This document shows positions 26,951 to 36,519 of a stretch of 52,897 bases of DNA, in pieces. The position numbers and the translations under genes are program-made. This stretch comes from a virus. Lineage: Duplodnaviria > Heunggongvirae > Uroviricota > Caudoviricetes. The DNA lies in the IMG/VR virus record IMGVR_UViG_3300028887_000069, positions 1 to 52,897 of that record. One strand, written 5' to 3'. The first letter of the stretch is position 1; the number at the start of each line of letters is the position of its first letter. A model generated the notes under the pieces. The model worked only from the letters and a program-made list of their open reading frames with translations. It did no database searches and had not been told where the DNA came from.

Positions 26951-29900
26951 TTATACATCTACAACGCTCCATCCGCTTGGTATTCCGTTTGCGCCCGTCG
27001 TCCAATCGTTCATATTTGCAGCCTTATAAAATGTTCCGTTTGCTGCTACACCGTTTGTCATATTGTTTGTAGCACCGCCGCCTGCATTTATATTTGTTGC
27101 AAGACATTTAATCGAAGTCAATGAAGAACAATCTCTAAACATATCCTCGTAAGAGAAATTCATTAGAGTTGCTGCGGGCAAATCGGGGGCGGTTGTTAAG
27201 TTCGTACAACCTTTAAACATTTCCCTATAACAAGAAGCTATTGCGTTTGTTGGCATTATGAGTGCGCCTGCATCAATTAAATTTGTATCGTTTGCAAAGA
27301 ATGACTTGAAACGGTTGTTTCCCTCTCCGTTTATTTGATTGACACTTGCCCAATCCGTTCTTAAAATACTGACAAGGTGTCCGCCTATGTTATAGTTTGT
27401 TGTCGCTCTTATTTTCCATCCGTTCAAGGCATTTAAAGCATTTCCATTCACTATGCCTTTAAAATATATCTTTTGGTTTGCTGCCGAAACGAAAGAATGT
27501 GTTTCACCCTCTGCGATTGTCAGACTTTCCCACGTTGTTTTATCCAAAGAGTATTGCAAGTTTATCTCGCTTGCACCGCTGTTTCTTGTCACCGTAACGC
27601 CTCCGTTGTTATCCAATGGCATTACATAAAACGGTTCGGGCGCAATGTATTTAATAAGTTTGTCATACGTCTTAAACGGCAATGCGGTTGAGGGGTTTGT
27701 TTCAATGTGGTAGTTTGTTGTTTCGCTGTAACTCTGCAAGGCTTCAAACTCGGCTTGCGTTCCGTACCAATCAATATTGTTTGTCAAGTCTGTCAATTGA
27801 GTAGGTACGGTTATATTTGCAGTGATGTCTGAAGAACCGTTTGCAGTAAATTCAGTTATTAATACTCCGTTTCTTTGTAGTTTTAGTTTTCCGTTGTTTA
27901 TGGTGTTCACACCGCTACGCATTGACAAATAAACATTGTCGGCGGCTACCCAATCAGCGTGAAAACTACTTGCATTACTAAAAAATGCGACTGAATCTGA
28001 AATATATGTACTATTTGTTGATACTGTCGTGTCGCTTCTTAAATCAACACTAACAAATACAATCTTATATGTGTTATTAGTGCTTTTCTCACATATAACG
28101 GGGCTTAATATCCAACTATATGACATATACGCATACTTTATCAATCTTCCATCCTGCACTGCGTTGTATATCTGTTCGGCAGTGCGGTCTGTTTCAGATT
28201 GATATGGGTTTGTTCCCGACCCAATGCGATTAATAACAAATGGTTCAAGTGTCGGTTTGTTCTTTATATAGTCAACCGCTGTATTGTCAGTTTGCGCCCA
28301 ATCAGATTGTATTTGTGCAGCAGGGATAGTGGGTTTATTCTCCAAATCATTATAATTCCCTGTAAATGCAACCGTTGCCAACGAATCATACGACATGTTG
28401 TATATACCCCAATCGGCATTAGCATATTCGCCTGTCAAATCATATGATATGTAGTCAATATAGTCAATTGACGTACTCCAAGGTTGGTATGCATTGAATC
28501 CGCTATTCCATCCACTTGTTCCATAACCAAATAAGTCAATCCACCCGTCATAGTTCTCTGCAATATTTGCATTATCTGAACCTATTATATCATAAGCGTT
28601 CTCGGCAAACCTCCATTCCTTATTTTTACAATGAAATTGGAGATTGGATTTTGCAATGCTACATTTATTGTCACGTTCTGAAATTGTAAAATTACCCGTT
28701 TGTTCATCCTTTATCAGACGTACAGAGTTACCATTCTCAAGTGGATTATAAATTAAAGAAGGATAAGCATCTAATATCGCTCCCCATGCATCATATATTT
28801 CGGACGGACCCCCATTACTAGAAGTCCAATAATATCCAACACGGTTCAAATCATTTATAGTCGTAACCCATCTATAACCGCCGCAAGGCAGAAATATACA
28901 ACCCGCACCCTCAAGTTCTTCCCATTGCGAAACAGTATAAATATTTTCAATATATTGAGAACTGTTTACATTAATATTGTTCATTGTAATTCCACTTGGT
29001 AATTCAAATACGTCGGGAAGCAACATCAAACCATTAATACTGCTTATTTGTGCGTGTATATAACGGGCGTTTGCTACATAATCTCCAAGTGTCGAATCAT
29101 AAATCTTGCTTGCCGAACGATAGTGTAAAAGAAAACTCCATTCATCCTTCGTCGGTGTTCTCCACTGCATTGTCGGCATGCCGCCACCCGTCGGTATAAC
29201 GATTGTCTCGTCATCCTGTTGGTCGTCGCCTATGTTGAAACTTCCGAGTTCATTTCCATCGGAATCCTCAAAGGTTATGATAGCATCAGGTCTGTGGTTC
29301 AACGCACGGTAGTCACCCTGCTGCCAATACTCGTCGCCGTAACTTCCAGGATAACCCCATATCTCGTAACCCACCTCATCCCAATAGTTGTAGATTGCGT
29401 TGAAAGAGAGGGCATCTATATAGTTATCGTAAAAATCAGGGAAAAACAGTTTGTTGCCCTCGAACCAATAGCATTCGATATATGTGACACCGTAATATCC
29501 CTCGCTTGCGACCTTGTTGAATGTTATAGATGACTGATAGTTAAAATCTGAAGAAGGGTATGCGTACAGCACAATCATGGGAAGTGTCCTGCAACCGATT
29601 TGGTCACTTTCCTCTTGTGACTCGGCATAGTTGACCACATATCCGTGCACCTCATTCTCGGCAACCACAATCGGCTTATAACCCTCATATGATTCCATAT
29701 CATATATGTTCAAGGAAGCATCCTCCGTTACATAGGCCACGACAGGACTTGATGAAGAATCTGCACGTACATTTGCACTTTTTCTTGAATTGACCAACAC
29801 GCTTTTCAAGTTGCCTTCAAATGTAAATTTCTTATCCCCGACGCTTGCTTTACGTATATCTTCAATACGGTTCAAGACACTGAGCCTGTTTTTCGGGTCA

Positions 29901-31759
29901 CCGTCCCTTTTCTTACCGTCACGTTTTTCGGAAACACCTTCTAAATAGGTTTTGATTTTGCCGCCGTCGACGGTTTTGTATTCTTTGACAGGTATGTTTG
30001 AAAACAGGTTTTTGTATATGTGCTTTGTTTTTTCTCTTTTGCCACCTTTCTCAAGTGAAACATCATCTGTACCCTTTTTATTGTTATCGTCGTCATCGCC
30101 CAATGAATAATCATGCCAACCTTTGCTGAAAGTGTAGTCCAAATACAGTTCAAGGAAATATTGGGTTATTGAAGCATATTTCGATACATACTCAGCCAAC
30201 GTTTTTAATATTTCTTCAGGACAAATGACGGATGTGTCAATTGTTCCATTGTCATTATACCCAACATAATCACCATAAGATTCATAGTACAAATATCTGA
30301 ACAAATATCCGTTGTAACTTATAAAACATTGCTGTTCATTATAATATGGTATAAACCAATACAACCAATCGTCATATGTGCAATTTACATAGGTGTTACT
30401 GTAACTGTCAACAACCTGTGTAGGGTTATCTATACTGTCAGGTATGACTATGTTTATGGGTATATTGTTAGTATCAATATACAAATCAAAACTATATACA
30501 CCGTCGGTGTCATAGTCGGTTGCATATACGATATTCTTGAAGTCGTAGTCAGCCTTGTTGTTGAACTCATCCTTCATCTCGAACACAACACCCTTGCATC
30601 CGTGTACCTCAACAATGATTTTGCCTGTATTTTTAACACCAACTTTGTTCCATTCACCCTTTTTTCCCATTATTTCCCATTCGGTTCCGAACGTTACACC
30701 CAAATCCATCTCTATACCTTCCCCTTCAAGATGCCATACATTGGCGTTCTCGTAGTCGTAAACAACGGGGAATTCAATTAAATGGCCTTCAATTGTTATT
30801 CTCAAAACAGTGATACGGTTGAAATAAACAACTTGGTCTTCCAAACCCCAACAAGATATTCTAACCATACCGTATACAGGATAATCGGGATATGGCACAT
30901 AATATGTGTCACCGATTTCAATGGATATTTCCATACCGTACTGTTCGTAAATTGCAACAAACTGTGCAATCTGCTGTTCCAACCAATCAGGTACTTCATT
31001 GCACAGGTTGTAATCGTGATAAGAATAATTGTCTTGCCACTGAAGGTTTTGAAAATCGGGATATTGCCCATCCGCCTTTGTGCTTATATAGCAGAACGGG
31101 AACGGTGGTAATATAGATTCACCGTAATTGAACGGGTCCTGTATCCATGAATACTGCGTGTCATTGTCAAGGCTGTATTTCAGTTCCCAAGCCTCAAGGT
31201 TGGAACCGCTGAAATACGTGTCACCCTCGTGTTGTATTGCCTTTGCGTCCTCGCTGAGTTTGTTGACGGCAGTTGCAAGGACAATTATGTCATAGGGGTG
31301 TTCTGCGGAAAACGAAAGATATTGAAGTTGTGAAGGGCTAATCCCTGACCAATCCATATTGAACATGTCCACGTTAGCCTTGGTAACATAGTCTATTATA
31401 CGGTAGCGACATCCCGGCACCAATTGGTTGGTGTCCCTGAAATTCTTCAACGCATTGTACGTAATAGGGATGAGAAGGTCACACGAACCGCCACCGCCCA
31501 TACCTATCCTTGTAAGGGTGAGTTCATATTGGTTGTTGCCCGTCTCCACCTTGTCGACAAACCAACCACCGTTGTTCTCTCCGTCGTTTATAACAGTCAG
31601 TACCAAGCCGTTAACGGCTGAACTGTTTTCATCGTGTATATATATATTGGCGTCGCTCCAAGTGTCGAATATACGGTCTTCAAGTGCAGGTGCCTTTACA
31701 CCCATCTTAATGGATTCGCCAAGTGTTATGTTTGTCTGATGGTTGAAATTGTGTGCCAT
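26951..31759 (-). CDS. Mosaic tail fibre / adhesin (1602 aa)
   Basis: Fibre motifs VAFTGNYNDLENKPTIP and IQSDWAQTDNTAVDYIKNKP. Includes a Fib_succ_major-like lectin module (GYYWTSS...SVRLIKD) and a C-terminal BspA-like repeat module (CYREMFKGCTNLTTAPDLPA). Confidence 0.75.
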   Translation of the reverse strand: MAHNFNHQTNITLGESIKMGVKAPALEDRIFDTWSDANIYIHDENSSAVNGLVLTVINDGENNGGWFVDKVETGNNQYELTLTRIGMGGGGSCDLLIPITYNALKNFRDTNQLVPGCRYRIIDYVTKANVDMFNMDWSGISPSQLQYLSFSAEHPYDIIVLATAVNKLSEDAKAIQHEGDTYFSGSNLEAWELKYSLDNDTQYSWIQDPFNYGESILPPFPFCYISTKADGQYPDFQNLQWQDNYSYHDYNLCNEVPDWLEQQIAQFVAIYEQYGMEISIEIGDTYYVPYPDYPVYGMVRISCWGLEDQVVYFNRITVLRITIEGHLIEFPVVYDYENANVWHLEGEGIEMDLGVTFGTEWEIMGKKGEWNKVGVKNTGKIIVEVHGCKGVVFEMKDEFNNKADYDFKNIVYATDYDTDGVYSFDLYIDTNNIPINIVIPDSIDNPTQVVDSYSNTYVNCTYDDWLYWFIPYYNEQQCFISYNGYLFRYLYYESYGDYVGYNDNGTIDTSVICPEEILKTLAEYVSKYASITQYFLELYLDYTFSKGWHDYSLGDDDDNNKKGTDDVSLEKGGKREKTKHIYKNLFSNIPVKEYKTVDGGKIKTYLEGVSEKRDGKKRDGDPKNRLSVLNRIEDIRKASVGDKKFTFEGNLKSVLVNSRKSANVRADSSSSPVVAYVTEDASLNIYDMESYEGYKPIVVAENEVHGYVVNYAESQEESDQIGCRTLPMIVLYAYPSSDFNYQSSITFNKVASEGYYGVTYIECYWFEGNKLFFPDFYDNYIDALSFNAIYNYWDEVGYEIWGYPGSYGDEYWQQGDYRALNHRPDAIITFEDSDGNELGSFNIGDDQQDDETIVIPTGGGMPTMQWRTPTKDEWSFLLHYRSASKIYDSTLGDYVANARYIHAQISSINGLMLLPDVFELPSGITMNNINVNSSQYIENIYTVSQWEELEGAGCIFLPCGGYRWVTTINDLNRVGYYWTSSNGGPSEIYDAWGAILDAYPSLIYNPLENGNSVRLIKDEQTGNFTISERDNKCSIAKSNLQFHCKNKEWRFAENAYDIIGSDNANIAENYDGWIDLFGYGTSGWNSGFNAYQPWSTSIDYIDYISYDLTGEYANADWGIYNMSYDSLATVAFTGNYNDLENKPTIPAAQIQSDWAQTDNTAVDYIKNKPTLEPFVINRIGSGTNPYQSETDRTAEQIYNAVQDGRLIKYAYMSYSWILSPVICEKSTNNTYKIVFVSVDLRSDTTVSTNSTYISDSVAFFSNASSFHADWVAADNVYLSMRSGVNTINNGKLKLQRNGVLITEFTANGSSDITANITVPTQLTDLTNNIDWYGTQAEFEALQSYSETTNYHIETNPSTALPFKTYDKLIKYIAPEPFYVMPLDNNGGVTVTRNSGASEINLQYSLDKTTWESLTIAEGETHSFVSAANQKIYFKGIVNGNALNALNGWKIRATTNYNIGGHLVSILRTDWASVNQINGEGNNRFKSFFANDTNLIDAGALIMPTNAIASCYREMFKGCTNLTTAPDLPAATLMNFSYEDMFRDCSSLTSIKCLATNINAGGGATNNMTNGVAANGTFYKAANMNDWTTGANGIPSGWSVVDV

Positions 31760-31767
31760 ATTGCAGA

Positions 31768-32925
31768 TTATATGAATTTAATGTTATTATATTTTATAGG
31801 TAACAGGGAATGGAGTACATATACATGGTATAAGGTGTTCATATTCCCGTTTTCGTATGGTATTCCGTCACCGCTTAACTCCCACCTGTCAATGTCCACG
31901 CTTGCGCCGATTTCATTTTCCGTGGACAGGATGTTGTTGTGACCGTGGGGAAGTACGAGTATAATGGAGTTTTTGCCGAAGTCGCCCGACTGTATGCTGT
32001 CTATCGTGGTCGGTCCGTCACCTTCACAGAACCCCTCTTCAAGCCCCAATGACATCAGTGCCGACTGTGTGGTTATGCTTATCGGATATTCAACCGCATC
32101 ACCGTTCCCGTCAACATATCTGAACACTGAAGAGGTGTCTATGCAACCGTAGAAATATTTGTACGCACCCCTGACAGTTGCCTCAACCACATCCGTATCA
32201 CCTGCCTCAATTGAAACATTGGAAGGGGTTTGGTCGCTTCTTTCGGGTTCTCCCTCGCTTGCCGAATATTCGACATGGGTTGAAAACCTTATAATTCCCT
32301 CGGGAATGTATTCGACAGGATAGGCATATGTGTCAGAAACCTGTGAATATTCCGTGCCACCGTTCATTTGGAAGAAATGGCGTACAGGTTCACACTCGGC
32401 GTCAATTGAATATTCATAACCCTCCTCACCGACGAATTCGCCGTCAGTGTAGTTCGAGTTCACTATAATCTCACCCACATAGGTTCCGACCTCATATGTT
32501 TCACCCGCATCGACGTTCTGCAGTGCTATTTCAACAGTCGGCAATACGGGAATGACATCGTATGTCTTTTTCAGTATATTGTTAAGTATTACCTGCACAG
32601 AAGTACCCTCTTCAATCAAATCACCGTCATGATATGCACCAATGTCACCATTGACGACGATATTGCGTGTAATGTATTCTATGCTTGCGTTGGTTGATAT
32701 GACACCGTCGCTTATATCGATGCCTTCGCCTGCGGTATAGCAACAACCGCCGCCACCACTTCCAGAATCCTGTATGTAGCAACTGAATCTGTCACCGTTG
32801 TGGCAGGTGATGATTAATTCTCCGTTACGGTTTTCGAAAGATTTTATCCCCTTGTTGTTGCACATGCAGAGCAGTTCCTCCAAGGAATAATTGCCGTAAT
32901 AGTTTCTATTATTTGGTAATGCCAT
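31768..32925 (-). CDS. Probable virion fibre-associated structural protein
   Basis: YTAGEGIDIS motif; GAYHDGDLIEEGTSVQVIL; directly upstream of the fibre gene. Confidence 0.55.
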   Translation of the reverse strand: MALPNNRNYYGNYSLEELLCMCNNKGIKSFENRNGELIITCHNGDRFSCYIQDSGSGGGGCCYTAGEGIDISDGVISTNASIEYITRNIVVNGDIGAYHDGDLIEEGTSVQVILNNILKKTYDVIPVLPTVEIALQNVDAGETYEVGTYVGEIIVNSNYTDGEFVGEEGYEYSIDAECEPVRHFFQMNGGTEYSQVSDTYAYPVEYIPEGIIRFSTHVEYSASEGEPERSDQTPSNVSIEAGDTDVVEATVRGAYKYFYGCIDTSSVFRYVDGNGDAVEYPISITTQSALMSLGLEEGFCEGDGPTTIDSIQSGDFGKNSIILVLPHGHNNILSTENEIGASVDIDRWELSGDGIPYENGNMNTLYHVYVLHSLLPIKYNNIKFI

Positions 32926-32944
32926 TGTTTGTTTATGTTAAATG

Positions 32945-32962
32945 ATATTTATATATAAATAT
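32945..32962. promoter_or_regulatory. Palindromic back-to-back ATATTTAT motif between divergent genes
   Basis: ATATTTATATATAAATAT is a perfect 18-bp palindrome. An identical copy lies at 3094-3111, also between divergent genes. Confidence 0.65.
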
Positions 32963-32978
32963 TAACTTGAAGAATACA

Positions 32979-33734
32979 ATGCCAAGAACAATAAAATTAA
33001 CAGAGGAACAGTTCAGACAACTGCAAGAGAACATGTTCAAGACAGGTATAGACGATGCCAACCCTATACCCGACTACCAGATGTCGCAAATAAATGCAGA
33101 CGGTGTCATGGACTACGGTGAAATGGGTAAACCGAAAACAACCGACCAAATCGATGTCATGGCAAAAATGTTCCCATGGGGTTACGGCAACTATGCAAGG
33201 GGTTATCCCGGAATGAATCTTCGTGAAGACAATGACAGTGACGTCGAGATTTCCGACCTTAACGCTGATTCCAACACGAGGGATGAAAACGGTGTACGAT
33301 TGAGTAACACGCCTGCATACATGGATGAACTGTCAGACGAGAATGAAAAAGATGATATGGAAATCATATCCAATACAATTGAAAGGAATGTCGACGGTAT
33401 ACTTAAAATTGTAGGCGGTCAAGGTGTACCGCAAATAAAGCAGATTGAGATTGCGAAGGCTTTGTCAAATGCTCTTTACGGCAACGGACAGGCAGCCAAT
33501 TTGTCAGGCATACCAATCAAGGTGAGCAATTTTATCAATGCAATTGCAAAAAGTAGCAGAAACCTTCAGCCCAAAGTCAAGGATGCGTTGTACAACAAAC
33601 TCGTAACCAACCTCAACCTTCAAGGTGTGATGCCCTCACAAGGAAAGGCTATTTCAAACACGGGCACAAACAACGCACAATCGCAAAAATATTTTGACAG
33701 AATGGGAAAATCAAAATCAGGCATGAACGTTTAA
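32979..33734 (+). CDS. Hypothetical protein with IKLTE tag
   Basis: ATG at 32979: MPRTIKLTEEQFRQLQE. Confidence 0.8.
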   Translation: MPRTIKLTEEQFRQLQENMFKTGIDDANPIPDYQMSQINADGVMDYGEMGKPKTTDQIDVMAKMFPWGYGNYARGYPGMNLREDNDSDVEISDLNADSNTRDENGVRLSNTPAYMDELSDENEKDDMEIISNTIERNVDGILKIVGGQGVPQIKQIEIAKALSNALYGNGQAANLSGIPIKVSNFINAIAKSSRNLQPKVKDALYNKLVTNLNLQGVMPSQGKAISNTGTNNAQSQKYFDRMGKSKSGMNV

Positions 33735-33738
33735 GACA

Positions 33739-34266
33739 ATGATTATACTCAACGAAGAAAACAGCGACCTCAGGGGAAAAATATTTCCGATATTCGACGG
33801 CTTGAAGAAACACCTTCAGAAAACCCTGTCGGACTATGAGGAAAAGAACGGTGACAAGAACAACAACGGTTATGACCGCCTTGTATGGATTTGCTCACAG
33901 GACGGCATATCCACCGAGGAAATGAAGAGGATAAAGAACTTCTTCGACAACTACCTCGGCACACCTGAATCGGATGACTTCATCCTTAACGGTGGACAGG
34001 AAATGAAGGATTGGGTTAACCGTATGCTGAAAATGGCTACCGACACGATAAAGAATGAAAAAGAGGCAAAACAGGCAATGGGTTTGGATAAGAAAAAAAC
34101 AAAACAGGTGAAAGACACACCTGAACCCAAAAAGACTGAATTTGTCAAGATACAGACCAAAAACCTGTCCAACTCAATTTCCAAGAACAATTCAGTGAAA
34201 GAGGGTAAGACAATAGTTGTGTCGGAAAGACAAATAGCCCGCCTGAACGAAATACTCAACCGATAG
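33739..34266 (+). CDS. Hypothetical protein
   Basis: 175 aa; MIILNE at the N-terminus and KTIVVSERQIARLNE at the C-terminus. Confidence 0.8.
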   Translation: MIILNEENSDLRGKIFPIFDGLKKHLQKTLSDYEEKNGDKNNNGYDRLVWICSQDGISTEEMKRIKNFFDNYLGTPESDDFILNGGQEMKDWVNRMLKMATDTIKNEKEAKQAMGLDKKKTKQVKDTPEPKKTEFVKIQTKNLSNSISKNNSVKEGKTIVVSERQIARLNEILNR

Positions 34267-34319
34267 TTTTCGGTTTCAACAATATTTATAAGAAATAACA
34301 ATTTAAAAAAGAATAGAAT

Positions 34320-34682
34320 ATGGCACAATCTTGTTTAGAGATACGCAGTATGGACGCAAGACATACTCAGATTGTAAGGTCAGACTACACCGCTGAGAAC
34401 AGGTACGCACCTGTCGGAGCCAACATGAACGCCATCAAAGACCTGACGATGAAAGGTCACATGGACGGCGGTCACACCCATTGGCTCCCCGACTGCCACG
34501 CTGTTGTCAATACCTTCCTTCACTTCAACTTCGACACCGACCCTGCTTCAAACCTCGGTAACTTGGCTGACCAGCAGGCAAGACTCGAGATGATGACGAG
34601 AAGCATGTACAACTCCGTCAACCCTTACGGTGATGTTGACACAAGTGCAAACATACTTGAAGGTCAGTATTACATACAATAA
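34320..34682 (+). CDS. Hypothetical protein
   Basis: 120-aa ORF; ATATTTAT at 34282-34289. Confidence 0.8.
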   Translation: MAQSCLEIRSMDARHTQIVRSDYTAENRYAPVGANMNAIKDLTMKGHMDGGHTHWLPDCHAVVNTFLHFNFDTDPASNLGNLADQQARLEMMTRSMYNSVNPYGDVDTSANILEGQYYIQ

Positions 34683-34691
34683 TATTATCCG

Positions 34692-35639
34692 ATGCTTTTC
34701 AACGGGTTATTGGAGGAATTGCTCAGGGAGAACGAGATATCTGTTGACAAGATAAGCGATGCAATCGACAAACACCAACAGATAATCGTCACCTACAAGC
34801 CTGTGACCAAGGGCAGGGAACATGCCACAGGTCCAAGGCTTATAGGTGTATTTGCATACGGCATAACCAAAGCCTCCAACCCGTGCATCCGTATCTTTGA
34901 GTATGCAGGCGACACGGCAACTTTTGTACCTCATTGGAAGTTGTTGAGGGTTGATTCCATCCTTTCATGGAAGGACACAGGGCGCACGTTCAATGAACTG
35001 CCTCCAAACAGGTACGGTACGTTCAATACCGATGGTGACAACACTATGGCTATGGTTTATAAGGTAGCCAAATTTGGTGACGAACAGGAACCGAACGACA
35101 ACGGGCTGTACAAAACCGATGCCGAAAGGCAGATTATGAAACGTGGTGAACAAATCAGGCAACAGTTCGACAACCCCATCACCCTTTCAGACTTCCAAAA
35201 ACAGAACGGGTCGGAAGAACCGCAGGATATGGACAACAGCCAAAACGACGTTTTCAAGACAGATACGGAGAAGGAACTCGCAAGAATGAGAGACCAATTC
35301 AATAAACACGAAAAGATTGACCTCTCACAGTTCGACAAATACAAGAAAAACATCACTTCCAAGACCGATACTGAGGACAACACCGAGACGGAAGACAATA
35401 CAGACCAAGGTCCCGACCTGTTCAAGACCGACACGGAAAAGGCGCTTGAGAGGATGAGAGACCAATTTGGCAAGCATGAGAAGATTGACCTTTCACAGTT
35501 CGACAAGTACAAAAGGAAAAACGACTTGAGACAAAGGCTCGGAAACACCGACAATCCCATGAAAATGAAAGACCTTAACGACAGACTCAGAAACAAAAAA
35601 CCTGACTTGGGAATGTTAAAAAGCAAATATGGGTTGTAA
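34692..35639 (+). CDS. WYL-domain protein with C-terminal repeats
   Basis: IIVTY...GPRLIGVFAYG...CIRIFEY...WKLLRVDSILSW is WYL-like. Repeats read (F/Y)KTDxE...RDQFxKHEKIDLSQFDKYK. Confidence 0.65.
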   Translation: MLFNGLLEELLRENEISVDKISDAIDKHQQIIVTYKPVTKGREHATGPRLIGVFAYGITKASNPCIRIFEYAGDTATFVPHWKLLRVDSILSWKDTGRTFNELPPNRYGTFNTDGDNTMAMVYKVAKFGDEQEPNDNGLYKTDAERQIMKRGEQIRQQFDNPITLSDFQKQNGSEEPQDMDNSQNDVFKTDTEKELARMRDQFNKHEKIDLSQFDKYKKNITSKTDTEDNTETEDNTDQGPDLFKTDTEKALERMRDQFGKHEKIDLSQFDKYKRKNDLRQRLGNTDNPMKMKDLNDRLRNKKPDLGMLKSKYGL

Positions 35640-35688
35640 TCCGTAACTTGTTTCATTATATTAAAGGTATATTAAAACAAAAGAAGAA

Positions 35689-36399
35689 ATGGCAGATTAC
35701 AGTAATACATTAGAATTGTTCAAGCAGTTGCAGCAAAACGGTGCCACCGACGTAAGAACATCGTCGCCTCAAATGGATAGCAGACCAAAGGCTCAATATG
35801 TAACGGCAGCCAACCTTGACCAACTTACCGAGGCGGTCTTCGGCAGAAGCCAATCCGCTGACGAGAAAAACGGCAATGAAATGCTTATCGAAACATTAAA
35901 AGAAGTTGAGACGGGGCAGATGACCGAGGAAACAAGACAAAGGATAGCAGCTAACGTCAAAAATTCCAAGATGAACCCTGCAATACTCAACAGCATATTG
36001 CAGAATCCTCTCATTGAAACTAAAGTTGGAAACGATGAAATCGACGAGTTTGTAAAAAAGACTTTGCAAGGCAACAAAAACATTGAGGCTTCCAGAAAAA
36101 TCATACAGAAGACCATGGAACAGGACAATGCAAGCAAACAGCCTTTAAATGAAAGCCGCCCTGCTGCAGCACAGTCAATCGACTATGGTAAGATAGCCTC
36201 ACTTATTGAAAGTGCTGTTGACAAGAAGATGAACGAGATGCAAGGTCGTGTACCGATGAACGAATCCGCCACATCACAGGCACCCACACTGAAAGTGGTT
36301 CAGGCCAAATCGGGCACAAGATTCCTTTTCGTTGACACCGATGACAATGTATATGAATGTACAATAGTGTATAAAGGTAAAAACCGCAAGAAAAACTAA
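35689..36399 (+). CDS. Hypothetical protein
   Basis: 236-aa ORF with LNES/MNES motifs. Confidence 0.8.
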   Translation: MADYSNTLELFKQLQQNGATDVRTSSPQMDSRPKAQYVTAANLDQLTEAVFGRSQSADEKNGNEMLIETLKEVETGQMTEETRQRIAANVKNSKMNPAILNSILQNPLIETKVGNDEIDEFVKKTLQGNKNIEASRKIIQKTMEQDNASKQPLNESRPAAAQSIDYGKIASLIESAVDKKMNEMQGRVPMNESATSQAPTLKVVQAKSGTRFLFVDTDDNVYECTIVYKGKNRKKN

Positions 36400-36443
36400 C
36401 AACGTTGAAGCAAAATATACTAATAGTTGTTAAAAAAATAAAT

Positions 36444-36477
36444 AAACGGGCACGAAATGATGCTCGTTTTATTTTTT
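36444..36477 (+). terminator. Intrinsic terminator
   Basis: AAACGGGCA-loop-TGCTCGTTT followed by a T tract. Confidence 0.65.
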
Positions 36478-36478
36478 A

Positions 36479-36489
36479 TAGTATATTTG
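36479..36489 (+). promoter_or_regulatory. Bacteroidota-type -7 promoter element (TAnnTTTG)
   Basis: TAGTATATTTG about 30 nt upstream of 36520. The same string occurs on the minus strand at 42329-42339. Confidence 0.55.
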
Positions 36490-36519
36490 CGTTAGTATTA
36501 ATCAAACACAAGAAGCATT

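Noticed and set aside
26951-31759. Diversity-generating retroelement acting on the fibre gene
   Set aside because: Target-like domains exist, but I found no reverse transcriptase and no template/variable repeat pair in this window.
35050-35600. CRISPR-like or other non-coding repeat array
   Set aside because: The repeats are in-frame protein repeats with synonymous divergence and no spacer structure. No CRISPR array was seen anywhere.
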